From Nematocida ausubeli (taxonomy: Eukaryota): 64,000 nt of DNA. The position numbers were made by a program, and so were the translations under genes. Shown piece after piece: positions 55,500 through 64,000 of the stretch (position 1 is the stretch's first letter; each line of letters opens with the position of its first letter). The notes beneath the pieces were generated by a model that saw nothing but the letters and a program-made list of their open reading frames with translations, was not told the origin of the DNA and did no database searches. Location: assembly GCF_000738915.1 (NCBI RefSeq), contig NW_026515637.1:62001-126000 (forward strand). Direction: 5' to 3'.

Positions 55500-56519
55500 T
55501 TACACCTCCTGGTCATCTGATTCTCTGTAATTAGAGATGGATGACCTGGCCTTCACCCGGAACAAACAGTCACTCTGTGGGTGCTTGTACAGTAGGATGC
55601 TATACCATACAAAATATATATTGAATATAAGGTCAACAAAAAAGTTCTCCAAATTATCTACTATATTCAAGCCTAACCGTCTATTATTCACTTTGTTCTC
55701 AGTGCGTGAATTTACAATTGAATACATTCTCTCAGAGACTGTCATATCCCTGTAATAAGTATTAAGAATATACCTTCTTTCACCAGATGTCAAATATATA
55801 AAGACAAACCGTGCAATATTAACTAGAAAGAATATCCTCATGTACCACTTCTTCTGGTTATTTTGCTTTGTGATCCATAAGAAATACCAACAGAAACATG
55901 AAGTAATCCCAACCCACAAATTATTTATGATATCCGTATCAGACGTATACTTATATGTATATATGTACAAGAATGAATTGAATATACATCTATTTGTAAT
56001 TAGTAGGGCACACCCTTCTAGCATAAAATAGACAGAATAGTACGTCACACCAGATGAAATATTATTATTTGAGACACTGCACATTCTTTGATAGAAATAG
56101 TATTTTGTACTTGTAGCCCATTTGATATTAATGGCTATCCTAAGAATATTTGATATAATATACAAAAAGTACAGGATTATATTTATATTTGGGATTGTAA
56201 ATGCTTCTACAATGGCATATCTAATTAGACGGGCACATTGCATACCAATGTATACATAGAAGAAAGAGATAGATCCAGTGACAATAAAGTATATTATGGC
56301 TTGTAGGTCAACAAAAGACTTAAAGATAATATTTGAGATTGTTTCGAATATAATTGTAAATAGTTCATCTTGGTGACCATAGCTATTTGTACTGTAGTAA
56401 TTTTGTCTAAGTGTAATAACAGACACTAATGTGTATATTATGCTAAGAGTACACATACCAAAGAAATATCCACCAAATGTCTTTGATGTCTCTCTGTTGA
56501 TTAACCCTATATCCTGCAT
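55500..56519 (-). CDS. Hypothetical multi-pass membrane protein (I/Y/F-rich)
   Basis: 339-aa ORF with about 7 hydrophobic segments. Confidence 0.65.
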   Translation of the reverse strand: MQDIGLINRETSKTFGGYFFGMCTLSIIYTLVSVITLRQNYYSTNSYGHQDELFTIIFETISNIIFKSFVDLQAIIYFIVTGSISFFYVYIGMQCARLIRYAIVEAFTIPNINIILYFLYIISNILRIAINIKWATSTKYYFYQRMCSVSNNNISSGVTYYSVYFMLEGCALLITNRCIFNSFLYIYTYKYTSDTDIINNLWVGITSCFCWYFLWITKQNNQKKWYMRIFFLVNIARFVFIYLTSGERRYILNTYYRDMTVSERMYSIVNSRTENKVNNRRLGLNIVDNLENFFVDLIFNIYFVWYSILLYKHPQSDCLFRVKARSSISNYRESDDQEV

Positions 56520-56744
56520 GAATATTATGTTTATTGAATATTTATAAGGATATCTTCATATTTAGAGTATTCCATTATATCTCATTCACATGGACTGCAT
56601 TTCTTATAAATTATTCAAGCCCATATGTACTTTTAACTTTTAGAATATTCTTTCTACATGTTTATATTATATTTACTAGGATTACAGTGTGATTTAGTGG
56701 TTTTATCTTCTAGATGAATTTATAACGGGTTATAACACAGTAGA

Positions 56745-57100
56745 TTTGAAGTTTTCTAGTAGAAGAAGTTGTCTATTTGAAGTTGTCTAGTAGAATTTGA
56801 GTATTTGAGTATTTGAAGTTTTCTAATTGAAGTTGTCTAGTAGAAGAGGTTGAGTATTTGTCTATTATGTCTTGTCTATTTAAAGTTTTCTAGTAGAAGC
56901 TGTCTAGTAGAAGAAGTTGTCTATTTGAGTACTTTAAAAAGTTGTCTAGTAGAAGTTGAGCATTTGAAGTTGTCTACTATGTGTTGAGTATTTAAAGAAG
57001 TTTTCTAATTGAAGTTGTCTAGTAGAAGTTGTCTATTTGAGTACTTTAAAAAGTTGAATATTTTAAGTTATTTAGTAGAAGTTGAGTATTTGTCTATTAT
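56745..57100. repeat. Degenerate satellite built on GAAGTTGTCTAGTA / TTGAGTATT
   Basis: More than 10 imperfect AAGTT(G/T)TCTA units. Confidence 0.75.
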
Positions 57101-57541
57101 GTCTAGCCTATTATTCCTTGTCTATTATATGTTGCCTAGTAGTATTTGCCTAGTAAAAGTTTCCTCACTTCAGACCCGAATATGACCCGAATATGACCCG
57201 AATATATATAACCCGAAATATTCACTCCCTGCAGCACAAGAACTGTCTTTCTCCAAAAATCAGAAAATAAAAATTCCATGAAATTCCATGGGTGTGAATA
57301 TAAAAGGACCTAGTATAGTAATATGCACATAAATTAGGATAAGTACCCTAGAATATAGAGTATCCCAAAGGAAAATACCAGAGAGTTTTCTCTCAGAAGA
57401 AAAATCTGCACTTGAAAGAGTCAATGTAAAGAGAAGAAAGCACAAGACACCAGAAGAACAAGAACCAGCACAAAGAAGAATTAAATGCTCTTTGGTGATG
57501 GCAACTTGAATGAATAGATCAGTTAATGTAGAATACCTAAT

Positions 57542-57889
57542 TTATTGGTCCATCTGTGCAACGAAGCTTTCTGTCTGCAGTCCCTTGAACTCAGGAACGT
57601 GCACGTGCTTGACGAACATTTCTGTCTTTGCGTTGTCCTTGAAGGATGGTCTCTTTCCTATTTCCACTCTAATTCTAGTGGGAAGATTCTTCTTTCCTCT
57701 GGCCCAGATGGCTTTGTTGAGGTCCATATCTATCTTGACATCCATTTCAGTGCGGAATTGTTTCTTAATGAGTTTCTTCAAGTTTCTGACTGCACAGTCT
57801 GCCCACCTCTTCTGGGAGCATCCCTTTACAAGTTTCCACAGGTTTACGGTCAATACGACCACTTTGTTCTCAGATGTTATATTTGCCAT
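57542..57889 (-). CDS. RPL31: 60S ribosomal protein L31 (eL31)
   Basis: TVNLWK...KRWADCAV...DVKIDMDLNKAIWARGKKNLPTRIRV; no intron. Confidence 0.92.
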   Translation of the reverse strand: MANITSENKVVVLTVNLWKLVKGCSQKRWADCAVRNLKKLIKKQFRTEMDVKIDMDLNKAIWARGKKNLPTRIRVEIGKRPSFKDNAKTEMFVKHVHVPEFKGLQTESFVAQMDQ

Positions 57890-57951
57890 TGCAGGGAGGC
57901 AGAAATAAAAAAATATTTCAAGCAGAAAAATAATGAAATCCCAACTGTTTA

Positions 57952-59271
57952 TTAACCAATAATCATTTCACCAGAAAGGTCGTGGTAGTCTGCTTCAAGC
58001 GTAGCCAAGTCTTCTCTTGCTTCACTGAATTCTCCTTCCTCCATTCCCTCTCCTACGTACCAGTGGACAAATGCCCGCTTGCTGTACATGAGGTCAAACT
58101 TAGAGTTAAGTCTCTTCCATGCTTCAACGATTGCTGTTGTGTTGCTGAGGGCGCAGACTGCTCTCTTTAACGGGGGCAGTGCTCCTCCTGGGAGGGATGT
58201 GGGTGGTTCATTATTGATTCCTATCTTGAATCCTGTTGGGCACCACTCAACAAACCTGTCTCCTTTCTTGCTCTTTATGATTCCTGTTGCAATATTCACG
58301 TCCTTTGTGTTGATGTCTCCTCTGAAGAGAAGGCAGCATGCGATGTACTTTCCTTGTCTGGTGTCGCACTTCACGAGCTGGTTCTGAGGCTCAAAGCATG
58401 CAGTTGCTATCTCTGTTACACTCAGTTGCTCGTGGGATGCATTTACAGCAGAGACCATGGGCGAGTATGCAATCAAAGGGAAGTGTATCCTGGGGTAGGG
58501 CACTAGATTTGTCTGGAACTCAGCCAGGTCTACGTTCAAAGAGCCTGGGAACCTTAGGGATGCTGTAATAGAGCTGACTACCTGTGCAATAACTCGGTTT
58601 AGATCGACATAATCTGGTCTAGTAATACCAAGACCCTTACACATATCGTATATGGCTTCATTATCCACAAGGAAGGAGCAATTTGAGTGCTCCAGGGTCA
58701 TGTGCGTTGTAAGCACAGAGTTATATGGTTCTACGACTGAGTTAGAGACCTGTGGTGCTGGGTAGATGGCAAATTCCAACTTACTCTTTTTCTCGTATAT
58801 CTGGGAGAGTCTCTCCATGATAAGTGTTCCTAGACCAGATCCTGTTCCTCCACCAAATGAATGGAAGATAAAGAATCCTTGAAGAGAATCACAATTATCA
58901 ACTAATCTTCTTATCTGTTCAATTGCTGGTTCAATTATACTCTTTCCTACGGTGTAATGTCCTCTTGCATAGTTATTTGCTGCGTCTTCTTTTCCTGATA
59001 TAAGCTGTGAGGGATGGTATAAATCCTTGTATTCACTTGCCTTTATTGAGTCAATTACACCTGGCTCTAAATCCACCATAAGGGCACGTGGTACCATATT
59101 CCCTGTGCTTGTCTCTGAAAAGAATGAAGATGCAGACTCAATTGACTTATTTGAATTTGGGTCAACTTGACCATTTGGTAATATTCCGTGTTCTAGGCAA
59201 TATAATTCCCAATTTGCATTTCCCATTTGTATTCCACCCTGTCCGACGTGGATTGAAAGTATCTCTCTCAT
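57952..59271 (-). CDS. TUB1: Alpha-tubulin
   Basis: [34 protein letters not shown] and [26 protein letters not shown] at 59271. Confidence 0.97.
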   Translation of the reverse strand: MREILSIHVGQGGIQMGNANWELYCLEHGILPNGQVDPNSNKSIESASSFFSETSTGNMVPRALMVDLEPGVIDSIKASEYKDLYHPSQLISGKEDAANNYARGHYTVGKSIIEPAIEQIRRLVDNCDSLQGFFIFHSFGGGTGSGLGTLIMERLSQIYEKKSKLEFAIYPAPQVSNSVVEPYNSVLTTHMTLEHSNCSFLVDNEAIYDMCKGLGITRPDYVDLNRVIAQVVSSITASLRFPGSLNVDLAEFQTNLVPYPRIHFPLIAYSPMVSAVNASHEQLSVTEIATACFEPQNQLVKCDTRQGKYIACCLLFRGDINTKDVNIATGIIKSKKGDRFVEWCPTGFKIGINNEPPTSLPGGALPPLKRAVCALSNTTAIVEAWKRLNSKFDLMYSKRAFVHWYVGEGMEEGEFSEAREDLATLEADYHDLSGEMIIG

Positions 59272-59300
59272 TTTCCTGGGGCAGGGGTTCAAATTTTATT
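59272..59300 (-). promoter_or_regulatory. AT-tract plus CCC-like start-proximal motif (microsporidian core promoter type)
   Basis: Minus strand reads AAAATTTGAACCCCTGCCCCAGGAAAATG; a similar TTTTTATTTCTGCCTCCCTGCAATG precedes RPL31. Confidence 0.55.
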
Positions 59301-59454
59301 AAAATTAATAGTAAATTTAAATCAAGTAGTAGCTTAGTATATGGGAATACTCTAAATACAATGTAAATATGATTAAGAGAGTGAGTAGTAGAAGGAATTA
59401 ATAGTATTGGGGCGTATTTGGGATGGGGTTGTAGTGAAGTTTATTTGGGGTGAA

Positions 59455-59605
59455 GTGAAAGTGAGGTTTATTTGTAGTGAGGTTTATTTGTAGTGAGGTT
59501 TATTTGTAGTGAGGTTGTAGTGAGGTTGTAGTGAGGTTGTAGTGAGGTTTATGGGGTGGATGATCTAATTGATTGTAAAGTTTATTTGTAGTGGAGTTGT
59601 AGTGA
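59455..59605. repeat. Tandem repeat GTAGTGAGGTT(TATTT)
   Basis: About 7 units of 11-16 bp upstream of tubulin. Confidence 0.85.
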
Positions 59606-59856
59606 AAATGCATCTGTGAAGTAAATAATCTAATTGATTGTACAGTCTATTTAGTGAAGATGTGAAGTGTAGATACCTTATGACTAAATCTACTTGAAAT
59701 TACTAAGTACCCAAGTACCCAAGTATAAAAGTATTAATGTGCAGATTATCTTGGTGTATTCTTGGTCTATAGGTAGACTGGGAGTGTTCAGGAAGAAATG
59801 AAGTAGTGAAATGAGGTCGTATTAATATTCTATTTATTATTCGGGTTATATTCTGA

Positions 59857-60891
59857 TTATTCCTTGCTGTGCTTTGTCTCTTCCACTTTGTCTGAGTTTG
59901 TCTCTGCTGCTGGCTCTGGCTTGACTTGTTTTCGCATGGGCAGGTGTTCTTCTATGGCTGCATTCCAGTCCTGGGTCTGGGTGTATGATAGAAGAATATT
60001 GAATACGTGCAGTGTGCTTAGGACTGTAGATGAATTAAGTTTCTTCTCTATTGGGAGTCTTGCAGTACGGAATGATTCTTTGAATCTTCTCTCTGTGTAT
60101 CCTTTGTGTCTATTTCTGTCAACTAGACCACCTATCACATAGATTGTTCCTTCTTCCATTTCAGTTAATTCTTCCTCTGCATCTGCTGTTAGTACTACTA
60201 TATCTGAAATATCCACAGAATCATCTATGCTGTCATCCAAGGGGTCTTTGGTTTCTACCTTTTCGGGATTATCATGGTTCTTAGTACTTTCTGGTTTATC
60301 ACTTTCTGGATTATTTTCTGGCATCTCATGGTTCTTAGTACTTTCTGGTTTAAGACTCTCTTCAACACCTTCTGCTTCTTCTCGTGCTGCCTTATATTCT
60401 GCAATTTCTTCTGTCACCTTAGCACTTTCTGGTTTAAGACTCTCTTCAATACTTTCTCCTGCCACCTTAACACCTTCTCCTGTCATCTTAACACCTTCTT
60501 CCTCCCGCACTACCTTATCCTTAGTGATGTCCTGAATTGACTTGCTTCTGAACTGAATGTTCGTCCAGTTCTCTATGTCCTGCCTAAGATATCCATTAAG
60601 AAGGGTTGAATTTCCTACAGTTAAATTCACTGGATTTTGTGCTACTCTGTTTGCTGCATAGACATATCTTATTTGCTCGCATAGACTTCTCATCTCTTTG
60701 TCTGTCATTAGGTCAGAACCCCCTAGTACTTCTATCCATATTCTGTAGTTTGACCTAACTTGATTCTCTGGGGCCTTCTTTCTTTTTGTTCTCTTTGTTT
60801 TTTTCTCTTTATATTTTTCCTTCAGCCTCTGGTACTTCAGCTCTTTCTTCTCCTTCTTTGAGAGTCTTTTTTTCTCTTCTTTTTCTTCCAT
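59857..60891 (-). CDS. TRM10: tRNA m1G9 methyltransferase Trm10 with low-complexity insertion
   Basis: LMTDKEMRSLCEQIRYVYAANR, VLTADAEE, YVIGGLVDRNRHKG, TARLPI and LPMRK. Confidence 0.9.
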   Translation of the reverse strand: MEEKEEKKRLSKKEKKELKYQRLKEKYKEKKTKRTKRKKAPENQVRSNYRIWIEVLGGSDLMTDKEMRSLCEQIRYVYAANRVAQNPVNLTVGNSTLLNGYLRQDIENWTNIQFRSKSIQDITKDKVVREEEGVKMTGEGVKVAGESIEESLKPESAKVTEEIAEYKAAREEAEGVEESLKPESTKNHEMPENNPESDKPESTKNHDNPEKVETKDPLDDSIDDSVDISDIVVLTADAEEELTEMEEGTIYVIGGLVDRNRHKGYTERRFKESFRTARLPIEKKLNSSTVLSTLHVFNILLSYTQTQDWNAAIEEHLPMRKQVKPEPAAETNSDKVEETKHSKE

Positions 60892-61177
60892 TGGAAAATC
60901 TTTTCTTTGCAGAGACTCTCATTTTATCCTTTGCCCCACATGAAAAACACTCTCTCCACATGTAAATTCCATCTGTCTCTTTAACTATTCTGCTTCTGCA
61001 ATTTATGCTTGGTACCATTATTTCATAGCACTTACATATAACCCTCTTTATTTCACATGATACTCTTAGAATCTTCTTATTATGCATCTTTAGAAGTACT
61101 TTTATAATTCTTCTGGATATATTCATACTTTTCCCTATAAAGTATATGGCTAGGTCTATTTCCCTGCAGCCAGTCAT
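60809..61177 (-). CDS. RPR2: RNase P/MRP subunit Rpr2/Rpp21-like
   Basis: EIKRVICKCYEIMVPSINCRSRI...RECFSCG zinc-ribbon pattern. Confidence 0.7.
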   Translation of the reverse strand: MTGCREIDLAIYFIGKSMNISRRIIKVLLKMHNKKILRVSCEIKRVICKCYEIMVPSINCRSRIVKETDGIYMWRECFSCGAKDKMRVSAKKRFSNGRKRREKKTLKEGEERAEVPEAEGKI

Positions 61178-61247
61178 CTTTCTTAAATTTTTGTCAAATT
61201 AATCCCAGAGACAACTCAAATTCCATAAATTTTTATTTAATTCACTC

Positions 61248-61664
61248 ATGGATACAACCCTACAGCAAGTCTTTGAAATATTCATGGATGAGACAGAACA
61301 AGAATATGTAAAAAGACAGAATATATTGCCTCTACTGCAGACTCTAGGATATATTGTGAATGAACAGGAAATTCAGGCAGTCCTGCCATACGAAAAGGAT
61401 GCATATACTGTAGGAGAGATAAAAACAATGACTGAGGAAGATGCATTTCCACTCTTATCAAAGGATGACGTACTTAGTGCCTTCCAGGCGTACGACATAA
61501 ATAAGACAGGGAAGATTCCAATAGGAGTAGTAAAGAGTATACTGCAGGCAGGCCCAGAAGGTCTCTCTGAAGAAGAAGTTGATGCAACTTTGTCTCTTCT
61601 GAATCCAACACCAGAGGGAATAGTTGAATACACAAAGATCTCTTTGTTAGTATCTGATAATTAG
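61248..61664 (+). CDS. Calmodulin/myosin light chain-like EF-hand protein
   Basis: LQQVFEIF, LLQTLGY, AFQAYDINKTGKI, LSEEEVD and GIVEY. Confidence 0.8.
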   Translation: MDTTLQQVFEIFMDETEQEYVKRQNILPLLQTLGYIVNEQEIQAVLPYEKDAYTVGEIKTMTEEDAFPLLSKDDVLSAFQAYDINKTGKIPIGVVKSILQAGPEGLSEEEVDATLSLLNPTPEGIVEYTKISLLVSDN

Positions 61665-61891
61665 GTCTATCTTAGTCTTTGCTAGTACAATAAAAATAAG
61701 TCTATAATATAGTTGAATATATTGCACTAGGATCTCTTTATGCAGTGAATTCAAATTGACTTTTCTTTCTTAAATTATCTTCGGATTGTCTTGCTTAGTG
61801 GATTTAATAGAATTAATTCTGGGAATATTCGGGTTATATTCGGGTTCGGGTTATATCTTAGTGTTTTAATCATAGAAAGACAGCAGTAATT

Positions 61892-62133
61892 GTGGTAAAA
61901 ATACCACTTTCATTATTCTGAAGCCACAAGAGTACATCAGAGACTGACTGTAATATTAAAAACAATACTGAAAGGGCGGAATATGTCAACAGTAAGAAGT
62001 ACATCCAACACGTATACAAAAGGTCAAAGTCACCAACCGCAGGATTACAAAAATAAAACATCCTTGACAACTACACTCTCTATTCTAGACTACTATCTCC
62101 AGACTATCTTGTCGCCCCCTATTGAACACGTCA
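61892..62133 (+). repeat. Dispersed repeat family R1, copy B
   Basis: Colinear with 16587-16845 over about 250 bp, with indels. Confidence 0.85.
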
Positions 62134-62777
62134 GTAATAATAGAACTAGAGAGACCAGACTAGCAAGATAATAGTACTACAGTATATAAATATAATTTAA
62201 TATACTCTGTTATAGAGTACTATTTATGGGTTAATGTATACTTATATTAGAGTATTCTGGTTCTCTTAAATATTTCTGTGGTTTAATTCTGTACTAAATA
62301 ACTTTAATTTTATAAATATTTCATCATATTATGATAAACTGAAAGCCTTCAGAATGTGTTTTAAAATAATAAAGTACATAAATATGCTTTCATTAAGGAA
62401 TAGACTAAGATATATCAATTATAATGACAGATAAATAGATAATCCATTAGTACATAAATATCCATGCATTCTACAACAGAAAAGTACTTATTATAACCAG
62501 AATAACCAGAATTAGACATATTTATACTAGGTTTTCTCAAGTTATATTCTAATAACCTAAAGAGACTTATAGTAAATAGCCTATACTACAGATAATAATA
62601 TATGAAGATACTTCTGGGCATAGAATAGCTTAATTATAACTGTAGTAAATATTTCATTATTAATTTATGGCTCAATGAGTTTTTCAACTTTCACTCTCCA
62701 AAATATTTTCAGAAATTCGTATACTAGAAGACCAATAAGTCTAAAAGAATATTAATAGAAGCAGTAATAGTAGTAAT

Positions 62778-62865
62778 AGTAAGAAATATATCTAAAATGA
62801 ATAAAATAGACACAGTCACCAAAGATATTCAAGTATATGACAAAAATACTCACTTGATAACTAGC
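62778..62865 (+). repeat. Dispersed repeat family R1, degenerate partial copy
   Basis: AAGAAATATATC...CACAGTCACCAAAGATATTC...TATGACAAAAATACTCACTTGATAACTA resembles copy A and the 50205 copy. Confidence 0.55.
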
Positions 62866-64000
62866 CATATGCCTAAGTCAATAAGAATATACACTAATTA
62901 CTACAAGAATATTTCCATTCTGAAATTGTAATTGTAATAAATTATCACCTTCATAGATTTCTAATGAATATTTGCCTTGTAGCCCCATGAGTATCCAAAA
63001 TAATCCAATGACTGCCAGAATTTAAACTAAAATTCAATCTAATAAAAATATAAAACACTAAGAGAGTCTAGTACTCTAGAGGCAGCTGTCAAAAATATTC
63101 AAATGACCAGAAAGGGTTTATTGTAAATATTTCTCATTCTATTGTAATATTAGCACTAGATAATACTAATTTGTCTCTAGTGAATTATAAAGTATATTTC
63201 ATTATGTGCTTCTAATTAGCAGTTATTCTATTCTAAATTATTTCAAATAGTAAATTAGTATATTAATTAGTAAGAAATTATATTAAGAATATACACATGC
63301 ATATATTCACACAGATTAACCCGATATAACCCGAATATATTTATATGCACTATTAAAGGACATACTAAAATATAACCGAATATAACCGAATAACCAGAAT
63401 TCTTTAAATTTAAGAAACCACAAGACTATTTTAAGTGAAAAGAAGACAGAGACACCTTCAGAATATTCATTCAGGTCCTGGATGGGTGCACTAAGAAAGT
63501 TCCTTTATGAAGTGTTCACTAAATCATCAGAGTAATTCACCCTATGAAGTACCTGGTCTATACGTATACTAATATACTAGACAATTCTTACAGAAATATT
63601 ATTTAAAGAAAATAGTGATATATTAGAAGGCGTATATTATTAGCACTATAATAAATATAGTTGGGTCCTTTTGAGAAGTCCAGACTAATTCTGGCTATAA
63701 CCCGAATTTAGGAAATCCTTTGGATAAAATTTAAATTTCTTTAATACAAGCACTCTTTAATATGCAAGAACCCTAAGGTTATTATAATTATATACACACA
63801 GTCTAATATAACCAGTAATATTAGGGTTATACATATACAGAACTATTATTCTAAAATATCCTCATATAAGAATATTTAAATGGACTGTCTTGACCAAAAA
63901 TATTCAAGTTATTAAGAGTGTTAAGAGTACTAAGAGTGTTAAGAGTATCAATACAAGTGCAAATACAGTATAATTTCATCAATTATAAAATATATTAAGT

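Noticed and set aside
57542..57900. Possible short 5' intron in RPL31, as in some microsporidian ribosomal protein genes
   Set aside because: The ORF is continuous from ATG with no GTAAGT...AG intron; no introns were needed anywhere in the window.
62200..64000. TAG/CTA-rich AT spacer suggestive of RIP-like mutation or a pseudogene
   Set aside because: No ORF remnant was recognised, and a dinucleotide bias cannot be established without computation.

Overview
Gene-dense, apparently intron-free eukaryotic DNA from a microsporidian parasite. A Nematocida-like species is inferred from the reduced, divergent orthologues, AT-rich or CCC-type start contexts and near-overlapping genes; the species cannot be determined from sequence alone. 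About 37 protein genes are supported. Housekeeping genes include a DNAJC3-like TPR/J protein, a ZC3H4/6-type CCCH protein, an SCCPDH-like protein, TSR2, an AIR1/2-like protein, STE14, GAR1, EFL1/RIA1, CET1, eIF3b, SSL1, SPF1, ARP4, RPL31, alpha-tubulin, TRM10 and RPR2. Mitosomal genes are TOM40 and NFS1. Cytoskeletal regulators are a ROCK-like kinase, a formin and two EF-hand light-chain-like proteins. There are also several secreted or membrane orphans, a signal-peptide kinase and a secreted NTPDase. No rRNA, tRNA, CRISPR array or transposase was recognised. The main unexplained structure is non-coding. (i) The 10-mer TATAACCCGA occurs about 19 times, almost only between genes, often as 10-bp-period tandems and often in inverted pairs bracketing AT-rich spacers. 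(ii) A dispersed repeat family of about 120-500 bp has at least 5 copies, two of which flank NFS1 in inverted orientation. (iii) A GC-rich, hairpin-rich first 1.1 kb may hold an ncRNA. All protein calls come from motifs recognised by eye; no searches were run.
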